From positions 1,704 through 65,703 of IMG/VR virus record IMGVR_UViG_3300031987_000007: a stretch of 64,000 nt of DNA. One strand, given 5' to 3'. The stretch comes from a virus. Below the pieces are notes generated by a model, which did not search any database, had not been told where the DNA came from, and saw only the letters and a list, made by a program, of their open reading frames with translations. Positions within the stretch are counted from its first letter, which is position 1. Each line of letters starts with the position of its first letter. Below, piece after piece: positions 24,733-34,525 of this stretch. The position numbers and the translations under genes are program-made.

Positions 24733-26338
24733 TGCCGTAACTGAGGCGTTCGACGATCTGGAACTACAGGTAGACGATTACCTGAACCAGATTGACTACA
24801 ACGTGCCGGCCGATTACATGCCCAGTGAATTTGCCCTGGATTTTGTCACATTCATCAAGCTGGTCAACGGTGAGGAAGGGGAAGAGAACCAGACGCCCCT
24901 GGTCCACTACTACATGCTCGATACGATTACCGATGGTGGCCGGCGCATTATCAACCTATGTCACCGGGGCGTGGCCAAGACCACCGTCATGGGGGAATAC
25001 CTGTTCCTGTACATCGCCTGTTATGGCGAGATCCCGGGCTTTGGCCGTATTGACCTGGCCCTGTATGTGTCGGACTCCATTGAGAACGGCGTGAAGAACA
25101 TGCGTAAGAACCTGGAGTTCCGGCATGACGCCTCTGAGTTCCTCAAAGAGTATGTGCCGGTGGCCAAGTTCACTGATATCCGATGGGAGTTCCACAACGC
25201 CGATGGCAAGATTTTCATTGTCAAAGGGTATGGCGCCAAGACGGGTGTCCGGGGTGCCAAGGAGATGGGTAAGCGCCCGGGCCTGGCCGTACTCGATGAC
25301 CTGATCTCAGACGAAGATGCCCGCTCTGCGACGGTAATTTCCGCGGTGGAAGACACGGTGTACAAGGCCGTGGATTACGCCCTACACCCGACCAAGAACA
25401 TGATCATCTGGTCCGGTACCCCGTTCAACGCGAAAGACCCTTTGTACAAAGCAGTGGGCTCCGGCGCCTGGGCGGTCAACGTGTTTCCGGTATGTGAGAA
25501 GTTCCCCTGTACCCGGGAGGAGTTCCGGGGCTCCTGGCCAGACCGGTTCACCTATGACTACGTGAGAAGCCAGTACGACAAGGCGGTGAAGCTCGGAAAA
25601 CTCGAGACCTTCAACCAAGAGCTGATGCTCCGGATCATGTCGGATGAAGACCGGCTGATCCAGGACAGTGACATTGGCTGGTATCGCCGGGCCAATGTGC
25701 TGGCCAACATGCCGCTGTTCAACTTCTACATTACCACCGATTTTGCCACCAGTGAGAAAGAGAAGGCGGACTTCTCGGTAATCAGTGTCTGGGCCTACAA
25801 CAACAATGGCGATTGGCTGTGGGTAGACGGCATCTGTAAGCGCCAGTTGATGGACAAGAACGTAGATGATCTGTTCCGTCTGGCTCAGCAATACCGGCCA
25901 CAGTCCGTGGGGATCGAAGTCAGTGGTCAGCAGGGTGGTTTCATACCCTGGATCATGGGCGAGATGATGACCCGTAACATCTATTTCCCCTTGGCGTCCG
26001 AGAACAACAATGGACAGCCTGGCCTACGGCCGGCGTCCAATAAGCTCGAACGATTCAACGTCGTGGTGCCGTGGTTCAAGTCGCACAAAATGTTCTTCCC
26101 GATTGAGTTGAAGAACTCTCCAGAGATGGTGGAAGCCAAGAATGAGCTGTCCCTGGCGTCCCGCTCAGGGTTTCGCAGCAAGCATGATGACTTCATTGAT
26201 ACCATCTCCCAGTTGGCGGTACTCAAGCCCTGGAAGCCCACAGAAACCGGCGATCTGAGCCAGAAAGACGACAGTGGTATCTGGGATATGGAGGAAGAAG
26301 CCGACGAGGGTAGCCCCATGGGGTCTTATGTTGTTTAA
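24725..26338 (+). CDS. terL: Terminase large subunit (N4 gp68-like)
   Basis: CHRGVAKTT, VLDDL, GTPF, ITTDFA, GIE, HDDFIDT. Confidence 0.95.
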   Translation: MTDAVTEAFDDLELQVDDYLNQIDYNVPADYMPSEFALDFVTFIKLVNGEEGEENQTPLVHYYMLDTITDGGRRIINLCHRGVAKTTVMGEYLFLYIACYGEIPGFGRIDLALYVSDSIENGVKNMRKNLEFRHDASEFLKEYVPVAKFTDIRWEFHNADGKIFIVKGYGAKTGVRGAKEMGKRPGLAVLDDLISDEDARSATVISAVEDTVYKAVDYALHPTKNMIIWSGTPFNAKDPLYKAVGSGAWAVNVFPVCEKFPCTREEFRGSWPDRFTYDYVRSQYDKAVKLGKLETFNQELMLRIMSDEDRLIQDSDIGWYRRANVLANMPLFNFYITTDFATSEKEKADFSVISVWAYNNNGDWLWVDGICKRQLMDKNVDDLFRLAQQYRPQSVGIEVSGQQGGFIPWIMGEMMTRNIYFPLASENNNGQPGLRPASNKLERFNVVVPWFKSHKMFFPIELKNSPEMVEAKNELSLASRSGFRSKHDDFIDTISQLAVLKPWKPTETGDLSQKDDSGIWDMEEEADEGSPMGSYVV

Positions 26339-26350
26339 CGAGGTGTGTCT

Positions 26351-27001
26351 ATGAACTTGCAAAATGTGTTTGACCAACTGATAGCCGGTGAATTACGCAC
26401 CGCCTTCTTGGGGGAGTTGGTGGAGGGTGAAATTCCGGAGGATCGTAAAAAGACCTTCCTGATTCACCTGAATATGGGGCTGAATGCGTTGCATCAGCGG
26501 TTCTTGCTCAAGGAGCGTTTTGAGGTTGTCAACCTGACGCCGGAGAAATACCGGTATCGGCTGGAAGCCAAAGACCTTTTGCGGATTGAGGCGGTCCGGG
26601 ATCTGGCAGACAACGAATACTTACTCAATATCCTGAACGATCCGGAATCCCTACATACGCCGGATCACCAGACCTTGGATATCCCCAAAAACCTACAGGA
26701 AGAGAACGATGTCCACGCCCTGCAAGTGTTTTACCGAGCCAAGCACCCAGAGCTACCGGTCACGGCGCTGTACCTACCACCCAACATGGTTCAGGTGGAT
26801 CTGCCCGAAGTGTTTCTGGAAGCGTTGGTGTACTTCATGGCCAGTCGCATTCTTAATCCCGTGGGTATGACCAACGAGTTCCACGAAGGCAACAATTACG
26901 CCCAGAAATACGAGATGGTGTGCCAGCGCCTGGAGCTGGGTGGGTTTGGGATTCAGCAGGATTATGTGCAGGATCAATTCCGAGCCAACGGCTGGGTGTG
27001 A
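26351..27001 (+). CDS. Virion protein (N4 gp67-like)
   Basis: Follows terminase; EALVYFMASR...YAQKYE..C...F..NGWV. Confidence 0.8.
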   Translation: MNLQNVFDQLIAGELRTAFLGELVEGEIPEDRKKTFLIHLNMGLNALHQRFLLKERFEVVNLTPEKYRYRLEAKDLLRIEAVRDLADNEYLLNILNDPESLHTPDHQTLDIPKNLQEENDVHALQVFYRAKHPELPVTALYLPPNMVQVDLPEVFLEALVYFMASRILNPVGMTNEFHEGNNYAQKYEMVCQRLELGGFGIQQDYVQDQFRANGWV

Positions 27002-27032
27002 GGGAAGGCCCCTATCGGGGCCGAACCCTGCC

Positions 27033-27569
27033 CTACACCGGTTCTAAGTGTCTGCCACCGTTGGTATCTTCAATAACAACTACATCAGGCACAAAAGTAA
27101 GAGCCTCTGCTATTGAATACGAACCATCCGGATTACGTTGCTGGGTGGTTACCTGAACCAGACAACCTATACCGGTATCCATAGCCTTGGTGGATTTCAT
27201 CCAACCCTCGGCTTCACTGGAGGCTTTAGCCAAAAGCTGGAACAGATCCCCGTTACCAACCACCGCGATATCCCGAACGTTCTTACGGGCGCCGGATATG
27301 TCACTGTTGTGGAGTGTTTTCGTGGGAGCCTGGCTCACATGGTTCCGTTCCAGGAACACGTTACGCGGGCAGTGATAGATATCATGGTCACTGATGTAAA
27401 CAATGAAGTCACCCGCATATATCTGAGCATTGGCAGTGAATTTGATGAACTCCCCATCAATGCGAAGACCATACATATCTGTCACTGAGTCCGTTTTGAT
27501 CTCATCGCCGCGCTGGATCTCATAGGCCTGGCGAGTTACCGGTCTGCTTTCATAGTTCTGGAAGCTCAT
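27033..27569 (-). CDS. Two-domain conserved phage hypothetical protein
   Basis: GDFIVY...YHCP..VF.ERN plus GWMKSTKAM...CLVQVTTQQ...AEALTFVP. Confidence 0.7.
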   Translation of the reverse strand: MSFQNYESRPVTRQAYEIQRGDEIKTDSVTDMYGLRIDGEFIKFTANAQIYAGDFIVYISDHDIYHCPRNVFLERNHVSQAPTKTLHNSDISGARKNVRDIAVVGNGDLFQLLAKASSEAEGWMKSTKAMDTGIGCLVQVTTQQRNPDGSYSIAEALTFVPDVVVIEDTNGGRHLEPV

Positions 27570-27994
27570 ACGCCTGTACTCCCCCAACCACCGTCACCGC
27601 GGGCTGTGTCGTCCAGATCCTCAACCACGTTGAGGTCCACCGATTCGGCTTTCACGAACAACACCTGCAACAAGCGATCGCCGGCTTCCCAGCTCATGGG
27701 ACGGTGGTTCTGCAGACGCAGGGCGGCCATCCACTCACCCCGGTAATCGGCATCAATGACACCCACGGTGTTGTTCAGGGCCAGGCCATTCTTCACGCCT
27801 TTACCAGAACGCGGAACAATCAAGCCCACATACCCTTCCGGTACTTCTGCCGCAAAACCCAGCTTTACAATAAGTGCAGCCGGTTCGTCGTAATAAAGAT
27901 TACCGGCTTCGGGCATAAATAAGTCATACCCTCCGGATAAGTCTGTTCCCTTCTCAGGGCATTTAAATGCTTCGTGCATTGGTTTGATATTCAT
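27566..27994 (-). CDS. dut: dUTPase (trimeric)
   Basis: GGYDL, PRSG, GVIDADYRGE, GDRLLQ, RGDGGWGSTG. Confidence 0.96.
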   Translation of the reverse strand: MNIKPMHEAFKCPEKGTDLSGGYDLFMPEAGNLYYDEPAALIVKLGFAAEVPEGYVGLIVPRSGKGVKNGLALNNTVGVIDADYRGEWMAALRLQNHRPMSWEAGDRLLQVLFVKAESVDLNVVEDLDDTARGDGGWGSTGV

Positions 27995-28060
27995 TTCAGC
28001 AATCCTCTATTTTATTAAATACCATGTACTGAATTATACATGGCCCAGGGTTGGACACTT

Positions 28061-30232
28061 ATGAACCAAAGTGAACAAACACAAGAATATGAACTGGAAG
28101 TTTCTCATAAACCACTTACCAAGTGGGAAAAAGAACCTTCAGTTCGTGATTTGAAACTCGACTTACAAGAAGCACAGCCAGGACACGCTGCCCAGGTAAC
28201 TGTGGTCGAGGGATATTTGGATCATCTCAATGTGGAAGGCACGGCCAAAGTTAAAACGCCGGAAGGCCGTTCTGAGATTGTTCCCAAACTGATTCGTAAA
28301 CAAGCCGAGTGGCGTTACGCAGCCTTGTCCGAACCATTCCTTAGCACACCGGATATGTTTACCGTTTCCCCGGTTACTTGGGAAGATAAAGACGGCGCCA
28401 TTCAAAACCAGTTACTTCTTAACCACCAACTCAATACCAAAATCAAGAAGACTCAATTCATTGATGAGTACGTCCGCACAGGTGTTGATGAAGGCACGAT
28501 TATTTGTCGTGTGGGTTGGGACTTTGAAGAAGAAGAATATGAAGCAGAGATCCCGGACGTAGAGTTCTCTGTAAATCCGGAGCTTGGTCCTCTGCACGAA
28601 GAACTGGCTCAGATGAAGGCAGCCAACCCAGCCCAGTATTACGCGGAAGTGCCCGAAGAGCTTCGGGATGCCCACGACCTGACACTGGAAAACGGTGCCC
28701 CCATTGAGCCGGAGATTGTCGGATACACCCAGGGTACCAAGACACGCACTCTGAAGAATCACCCCACCGTAGAAGTCTGCAACCACCGCAATGTCATTAT
28801 TGATCCGACCTGTAATGGGGATCTGGAGAAGGCAGGCTTCGTTATCTACAGCTTTGAATCCTCAAAGTCGGAGCTAGAAAAAGATGGCAAATACTCGAAT
28901 CTGGATCAAATCAGGGCCAGTGATAACTCACCGTTGTCACAACCCGATCATGACTCAAGCGAAGCATCTAGCTTCAATTTTAGCGATGAGGCCCGTAAGA
29001 AAATTGTCGTTTATGAGTATTGGGGATATCGCGATCTTGACGGGTCTGGTGTTGTTCAGCCTTTTGTAGCGGCCTGGGTAGGCGACACGATGATCCGGAT
29101 GGAGGAGAACCCTTTCCCGGATAAGAAGATTCCGTTTATCAAAGTGCAGTACCTCCCGAAACGTAAAGCGATTTACGGCGAGCCTGATGGGGCTTTGCTG
29201 TTGGATAATCAGAAGGTTCTGGGCGCCGTCACCCGCGGTATGATTGATCTCATGGCTCGCTCTGCCAACGGTCAGATGGGTACCCGTAAAGACGCACTGG
29301 ATGCCGTGAACAAACGGAAGTTCAAGTCCGGCCAGGATTACGAGTTCAACCAGAACGTCGACCCCCGCCAGGGGATGTACATGCACACGTTCGCGGAGAT
29401 CCCGAACAGTGCCTACTCCATGCTGCAACAGCAGAACATGGAAGCCGAGTCTCTTACCGGTGTGAAGTCCTTCTCTCAGGGCGTCTCAGGACAGGCTCTG
29501 GGTGAGGTTGCGGCCGGTGTGCGTGGTGCGTTGGATGCCGCCAGTAAGCGTGAGCTTGGCATTCTGAGGCGCCTGTCGGATGGCCTGGTTGAGATTGGCA
29601 AGAAGTTCGTCAGCATGAGTGCGGAGTTCCTGGACGAAGAAGAAGTGGTCCGGGTCACCAACGAGCTGTTTGTCCCAGTCCGTCGGGATGAGCTGGCCGG
29701 TGAGTACGATCTGAAGCTGGCGATTTCAACCGCCGAAGAAGACGACAACAAGGCCAAGGAACTGTCGTTCATGCTCCAAACCATGGGCAATAGCATGGAC
29801 CCCAAGATGTCGAACATGATCCTGACCGACATTGCCCGTCTGCGGAAGATGCCCGAGCTGGCTCACAAGATTGAGAACTACGAGCCACAACCAGATCAGC
29901 ATCAGCAGGAAATGCAGCAGCTTGAGAAAGCCAAGCTACAAGCTGAAATCGCTGAGATTGAATCCCGCACGATTGAGAACCAAGCCGAAGCACAACTGGA
30001 TATGGCCAGGGCAGGTTCCGAAGGTGCTAAAACACAGAACCTGCAAAGTGATACCGATAAAAAGAACCTGGATTATGTCGAACAGGAGTCCGGTGTCACA
30101 CAAGAACGTGAATTACAAAAGCATGGGGAACAAGCAAAGGCTCAAGGCAAGTTGAAGTTGCTGGACTTTAAGTTGAAAGAGAAACAAGAGAGCGACAAAG
30201 AGCTGAAGAAGTATTTAACACAACAGGAGTAA
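28061..30232 (+). CDS. Portal protein (N4 gp59-like)
   Basis: PKLIRKQAEWRYAALSEPFL, ENPFPD..IPF, EAESLTGVK, SKRELGILRRL. Confidence 0.95.
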   Translation: MNQSEQTQEYELEVSHKPLTKWEKEPSVRDLKLDLQEAQPGHAAQVTVVEGYLDHLNVEGTAKVKTPEGRSEIVPKLIRKQAEWRYAALSEPFLSTPDMFTVSPVTWEDKDGAIQNQLLLNHQLNTKIKKTQFIDEYVRTGVDEGTIICRVGWDFEEEEYEAEIPDVEFSVNPELGPLHEELAQMKAANPAQYYAEVPEELRDAHDLTLENGAPIEPEIVGYTQGTKTRTLKNHPTVEVCNHRNVIIDPTCNGDLEKAGFVIYSFESSKSELEKDGKYSNLDQIRASDNSPLSQPDHDSSEASSFNFSDEARKKIVVYEYWGYRDLDGSGVVQPFVAAWVGDTMIRMEENPFPDKKIPFIKVQYLPKRKAIYGEPDGALLLDNQKVLGAVTRGMIDLMARSANGQMGTRKDALDAVNKRKFKSGQDYEFNQNVDPRQGMYMHTFAEIPNSAYSMLQQQNMEAESLTGVKSFSQGVSGQALGEVAAGVRGALDAASKRELGILRRLSDGLVEIGKKFVSMSAEFLDEEEVVRVTNELFVPVRRDELAGEYDLKLAISTAEEDDNKAKELSFMLQTMGNSMDPKMSNMILTDIARLRKMPELAHKIENYEPQPDQHQQEMQQLEKAKLQAEIAEIESRTIENQAEAQLDMARAGSEGAKTQNLQSDTDKKNLDYVEQESGVTQERELQKHGEQAKAQGKLKLLDFKLKEKQESDKELKKYLTQQE

Positions 30233-30321
30233 TAAAAAGTTGTGATAAATGTTTTTGATTGGTTTATTGTCCGTTGAAGTCAGAACCTATTAACTAAAAC
30301 CAGCAATGATATGGGACTTAT

Positions 30322-30666
30322 ATGAGCAACCATGAAGTAAAAGAAATTGAGATGAACATTAAGCAAGCACGAGAAATCGTGGACCTTAATAAATCACTGG
30401 AGCGTTTGGAGAAGAACAAAGACTTCAAAAAACTGATCCAGGGAGAGTATCTGCATAACGAAGCAGTACGTCTGGTTCATCTCAAATCTGATAGCAACAT
30501 GCAACACGCGGACAAGCAACGTGATGTAACCCGCGATATTGATGCCATTGGTTCTTTTGCCCAGTTCCTGAACATGATTGGTTTCAAAGCTCAGATGGCG
30601 CAAGACGCTATTAACGAGTGTGAAATGTCTCTGGATGAGCTTCGTGCCGAAGGAGCTGATGAATGA
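30322..30666 (+). CDS. Conserved N4-like protein (gp58-like)
   Basis: L..N.DFKKLI..EYL..EAVRLV; between portal and gp57. Confidence 0.8.
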   Translation: MSNHEVKEIEMNIKQAREIVDLNKSLERLEKNKDFKKLIQGEYLHNEAVRLVHLKSDSNMQHADKQRDVTRDIDAIGSFAQFLNMIGFKAQMAQDAINECEMSLDELRAEGADE

Positions 30667-31892
30667 GCCAGTCGGTAGAAAGCGAAGTTACCACTGAAGA
30701 TAACTTCCTGGGCATGTCCGATGAGGACTTTGCCAACATGGACCCGGCCGATTACGAAGAGCCGGTAATCCATGACGAGGAAGCGGAGGAGGACGATCTG
30801 GGTGCGGTGGAAGACACCACCGAAGACGCCGACGAAGAAGAAAACGACACCGGTACCAACGAGTCTGGTGACGCGGAAGAAGATGGTGAGACGAACGAAG
30901 ACACCACCGACGATGAAGACGCCGAGGGTGAGACGGACAAAACCGATTCAACCGAAGACACAGACACCGAAGAAACTGGTGAAGACGAAAAAGAAGAAAA
31001 AGACGAAGACGGTAAAGCGGATTCTGAGAAGGACGAAGAGACCGACAAAGAATCCGAAGTCGATTACAAGGCGGAATACGAAAAGCTCATGGCGCCGTTC
31101 CGGGCCAATGGCAAGGATATGTCCGTCAGCAACATCGACGAAGTCCGTCAGCTCATGCAAATGGGCGCCAATTACAACAAGAAGATGGCCGCACTCAAGC
31201 CGTCTTTGAAGACTCTGAAACTCCTTGAGAACAACGATCTCATGGGAGAAGAAAAGCTCAGTTATCTGATCGACCTCCACAAAGGTGACAAAGGCGCGAT
31301 CCAGAAACTGATCAAGGACAGTGGGATTGACCCACTGGACATGGACGTTGAGACCGACAGCGACTACGAGCCCAATACTTACACTGTGGATGATCGTGAA
31401 TTGGCTCTGGACGAGGTGCTGGAGAAGATCCAGGACACGCCTACGTACTCAGACACCGTGAACGTCGTCAGCAATAAGTGGGACAAAGCCAGCAAGCAAA
31501 CGGTAGCGGATAACCCCCAATTACTCGAAGTCATAAACAGCCACATGGCCAACGGCATTTATGAACGGGTCAGTAACGAGGTTGAAAAAGAACGCACCTT
31601 TGGTCGCTTGAATGGGCTGTCGGATTTGGAAGCGTATCGCCAGGTAGGTGACTCCATGGCTGAACGTGGCGCGTTCAATGATCTGTCTCAGAACGAGCAG
31701 AACACACCGCCCGCGGAGAAGCAGAAAGTTGCCCCCAAGCCAAAGGCGAAAGCCCCAAGCCGGAAGCTCAAGGATAAGAAGCGAGCTGCAAGCTCCACGA
31801 ATGCCAAACCCGCTGCGACGGCTCCGGATCTGAACCCACTGGGTATGTCAGACGAAGAGTTCGACAAGCAGTACAACACAGACTTCTTGTAA
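30663..31892 (+). CDS. N4 gp57-like acidic scaffold/tape-measure-like protein
   Basis: MSDEDF, acidic linker, APFRANG, LMQMGANY.KKM, MSDEEF at C-terminus. Confidence 0.88.
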   Translation: MSQSVESEVTTEDNFLGMSDEDFANMDPADYEEPVIHDEEAEEDDLGAVEDTTEDADEEENDTGTNESGDAEEDGETNEDTTDDEDAEGETDKTDSTEDTDTEETGEDEKEEKDEDGKADSEKDEETDKESEVDYKAEYEKLMAPFRANGKDMSVSNIDEVRQLMQMGANYNKKMAALKPSLKTLKLLENNDLMGEEKLSYLIDLHKGDKGAIQKLIKDSGIDPLDMDVETDSDYEPNTYTVDDRELALDEVLEKIQDTPTYSDTVNVVSNKWDKASKQTVADNPQLLEVINSHMANGIYERVSNEVEKERTFGRLNGLSDLEAYRQVGDSMAERGAFNDLSQNEQNTPPAEKQKVAPKPKAKAPSRKLKDKKRAASSTNAKPAATAPDLNPLGMSDEEFDKQYNTDFL

Positions 31893-31905
31893 GTAAGGAT
31901 ATTCT

Positions 31906-33075
31906 ATGTCTCGTTCCTATAACGATCCGGCCGGTGGTACTCCCTCCGGTGTTGGTAAGCAGATCCGCACCGACAGTTACATCAAAAAGGCGCTGATCGA
32001 AACCCAGAAAGAACGCTTCTTCGGCCAACTGGCGAACGTCCAGTCCATGCCGAAAAACATGGGTAAAACCATGAAGAAGTACCACTACCTGCCGCTGCTT
32101 GATGACGCAAACATCAACGACCAGGGTATTGACGCCTCCGGTGCCACCATTGCCAACGGTAACCTTTATGGTTCCAGCAAAGACATTGGCTCCATCCCGG
32201 GCAAGATGCCGGTGCTGTCTGAAACCGGTGGTCGTGTCAACCGTGTGGGCTTCAAGCGTAAGGAAATTGAAGGCTCTATCAGCAAGTTTGGTTTCTTCGA
32301 TGAGTACACCCAGGAATCCCTGGACTTTGACACCGACGCAGACCTGATGATGCACATTAATCGGGAAATGCTGTACGGCGCCAATGAGATCACCGAAGAC
32401 CTTCTGCAGATTGACCTGCTGAACTCTGCCGGCGTGGTGAAGTTTGCCGGCGATGCGACCACCAACCTGGAAGTGGATGCTGCCGACACGATCACGTATG
32501 ACGATCTGTTGCGCCTGTCTATCGACCTGGACAACAACCGCACACCGAAGCAAACCAAGATCATCACCGGTACCCGCATGGTCGACACCAAGACCATCCC
32601 AGGTGGCCGCGTCATGTACGTGGGCTCTGAGCTGCTGCCACTGATCGAGGGCATGGTGGATCTGCACGGCGAGCGTGCCTACATCCCCATCGAGAAGTAC
32701 GCCGCAGGCGGTACCGTTCTGAACGGTGAGGCCGGCACAGTCGGTAAGTTCCGCATCGTGGTTGTTCCGGAAATGATGAAGTGGGAAGGCGCGGGTGCGA
32801 CTGACGCAACCAACACCACTCACTACACCACCGGTGACAAGTTCGACGTATTCCCGATGCTGGTCGTGGGCGATGCTTCCTTCTCTACCATTGGTTTCCA
32901 GACCGACGGTAAGACTGTGAAGTTCAAGATCACTCACAAGAAGCCTGGCGAGGAAACAGCGGACCGTACCGACCCGTATGGTGAGACTGGTTTCATGTCC
33001 ATCAAGTGGTACTACGGCTTCCTGCTGGAACGTAGTGAGCGCATTGCAGTAGCGAAGACTGCCGCGACCCTGTAA
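31906..33075 (+). CDS. Major capsid protein (N4 gp56-like)
   Basis: MPKNMGKT.K.YHYLPLLDD.NINDQGIDA.G, DPYGETGF.SIKWYYG. Confidence 0.97.
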   Translation: MSRSYNDPAGGTPSGVGKQIRTDSYIKKALIETQKERFFGQLANVQSMPKNMGKTMKKYHYLPLLDDANINDQGIDASGATIANGNLYGSSKDIGSIPGKMPVLSETGGRVNRVGFKRKEIEGSISKFGFFDEYTQESLDFDTDADLMMHINREMLYGANEITEDLLQIDLLNSAGVVKFAGDATTNLEVDAADTITYDDLLRLSIDLDNNRTPKQTKIITGTRMVDTKTIPGGRVMYVGSELLPLIEGMVDLHGERAYIPIEKYAAGGTVLNGEAGTVGKFRIVVVPEMMKWEGAGATDATNTTHYTTGDKFDVFPMLVVGDASFSTIGFQTDGKTVKFKITHKKPGEETADRTDPYGETGFMSIKWYYGFLLERSERIAVAKTAATL

Positions 33076-33094
33076 TCCAGGGCCCGTGAAAACG

Positions 33095-33123
33095 ATGTAG
33101 GGGTGGGGCTTCCGCCCCTACAT
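33095..33123 (+). terminator. Stem-loop after capsid gene
   Basis: ATGTAGGGG/CCCCTACAT stem; weak U-tract. Confidence 0.55.
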
Positions 33124-33147
33124 TCCTGACTGATTGGAGACATTGTA

Positions 33148-33789
33148 ATGAGCGAAGATAACACTACCCCGACTGAGACCCGCTTGGATGCCCTGAAAGA
33201 GCGTGCAAAGACGCTGGGTATTAGCTTTCACCCGAGCATTGGTGAAGACAAGCTGGCAGAGAAAATCAAAGAAGCCCTGTCCGACAAACCGGCTGTGAAT
33301 GACCCCGATCCTGATGCCGGGGAAAATGAAGGCACAGGTGACTCTACAACTACCAAACCTGCACCGGCCAGTGTTGGTGAAGACTCTGAGTTCTCGGATG
33401 CCAAGGCCTCCAAGGACGAAACCAAGGATGGCCAGCGCCGTCGTAAGCAGCGTGAAGCCTCTGAACTGGTTCGGGTGATCGTCACCTGTATGAACCCAAA
33501 CAAACGTGAATACGACGGTGAAATCTTCTGTGCCGGCAACCGTGTCATTGGTACCCACAAGAAGTTCGTGCCTTTTGATGTGGAATATCACGTACCGCGT
33601 GTGATCTACAACATGATCAAGGAACGCCAATGCCAGGTGTTCGTCACCCGTCGTGATGACAAAGGTCGTCAGATCCGTGAAGGCAAGCTGATCCGTGAGT
33701 TCAACGTGACTGTACTGGACCCGCTGACTCAGACCGAGCTGACCGAACTGGCTCAACGTCAAGCGATGGCGAATGGCACTGCCGCGTAA
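33148..33789 (+). CDS. N4 gp55-like protein
   Basis: LK.RA..LGISFHPSIG.DKL; LVRV..TCMNP.K. Confidence 0.88.
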   Translation: MSEDNTTPTETRLDALKERAKTLGISFHPSIGEDKLAEKIKEALSDKPAVNDPDPDAGENEGTGDSTTTKPAPASVGEDSEFSDAKASKDETKDGQRRRKQREASELVRVIVTCMNPNKREYDGEIFCAGNRVIGTHKKFVPFDVEYHVPRVIYNMIKERQCQVFVTRRDDKGRQIREGKLIREFNVTVLDPLTQTELTELAQRQAMANGTAA

Positions 33790-33815
33790 TTCACTGAAGC
33801 ATTGAGGTAGGCCTT

Positions 33816-34451
33816 ATGGCAGCGATTACAGTAACCGACCTGACCAATGGTGCCATAGACGGTACTGGCGTCTTCGACCAACTCATGCGGACCAATAAGG
33901 CCCATCTGGACGAAGAGTATTCCAAGAGCCGGATCAAGGGCGGGGAATATGCTGAGGTCTACCTCGGGATGATGCAGGCGACCATGGACCGGTCTCTGCA
34001 ATTCCTCCTCTCCCAACAGAAGACGGACCTGGAAGCCCAGCTTCTGGAGCAACAAGTGGCCAATGCCGTTATTGAAGGTACGGTGCTTGAGGCACAACGC
34101 TGCAAGCTGACAGCGGAATACGATCTGGTCATGGAACAGAAACTGAAGACCGTGGCTGAGACCGCACTACTGGGACAGAAGAAGGTCACAGAGCAGGCCC
34201 AGACCTCTGGCACCAACATTGACCCAGACAGTGTCGTAGGCAAGCAGAACCAGTTGTATGACGCCCAACGGGACGGGTATCGCCGGGACGCAGAACAGAA
34301 GGCAGCCAAGTTGTTGGCGGACTCCTGGAACGTGCGGAAAACCATGGACGATACAACGCCGGTGGACAGTATCAACAAATTGTCCGATCCGTACATTGGC
34401 TCTGCAGTACAGCGGCTGCTGGACGGGATCAACGCTACCCCAGTCGTATAA
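33816..34451 (+). CDS. N4 gp54-like structural protein
   Basis: GTGVFDQLM...AHL..EY..RI.G.EY; Y.RDAEQKAAK. Confidence 0.85.
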   Translation: MAAITVTDLTNGAIDGTGVFDQLMRTNKAHLDEEYSKSRIKGGEYAEVYLGMMQATMDRSLQFLLSQQKTDLEAQLLEQQVANAVIEGTVLEAQRCKLTAEYDLVMEQKLKTVAETALLGQKKVTEQAQTSGTNIDPDSVVGKQNQLYDAQRDGYRRDAEQKAAKLLADSWNVRKTMDDTTPVDSINKLSDPYIGSAVQRLLDGINATPVV

Positions 34452-34476
34452 AGACGGGCTGGTGTATTACCACTCA

Positions 34477-34505
34477 AGAGGGGGCCTGATGGCTCCCTCT
34501 TTTTG
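34477..34505 (+). terminator. Rho-independent terminator
   Basis: AGAGGGGGCC-TGAT-GGCTCCCTCT-TTTTG. Confidence 0.8.
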
Positions 34506-34525
34506 TTTGAGAACAGGAGAACTGT

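Noticed and set aside
30760-31070. Tandem repeat or CRISPR-like array
   Set aside because: Low-complexity Asp/Glu/Thr coding linker of gp57-like protein; no regular repeat-spacer structure here or elsewhere
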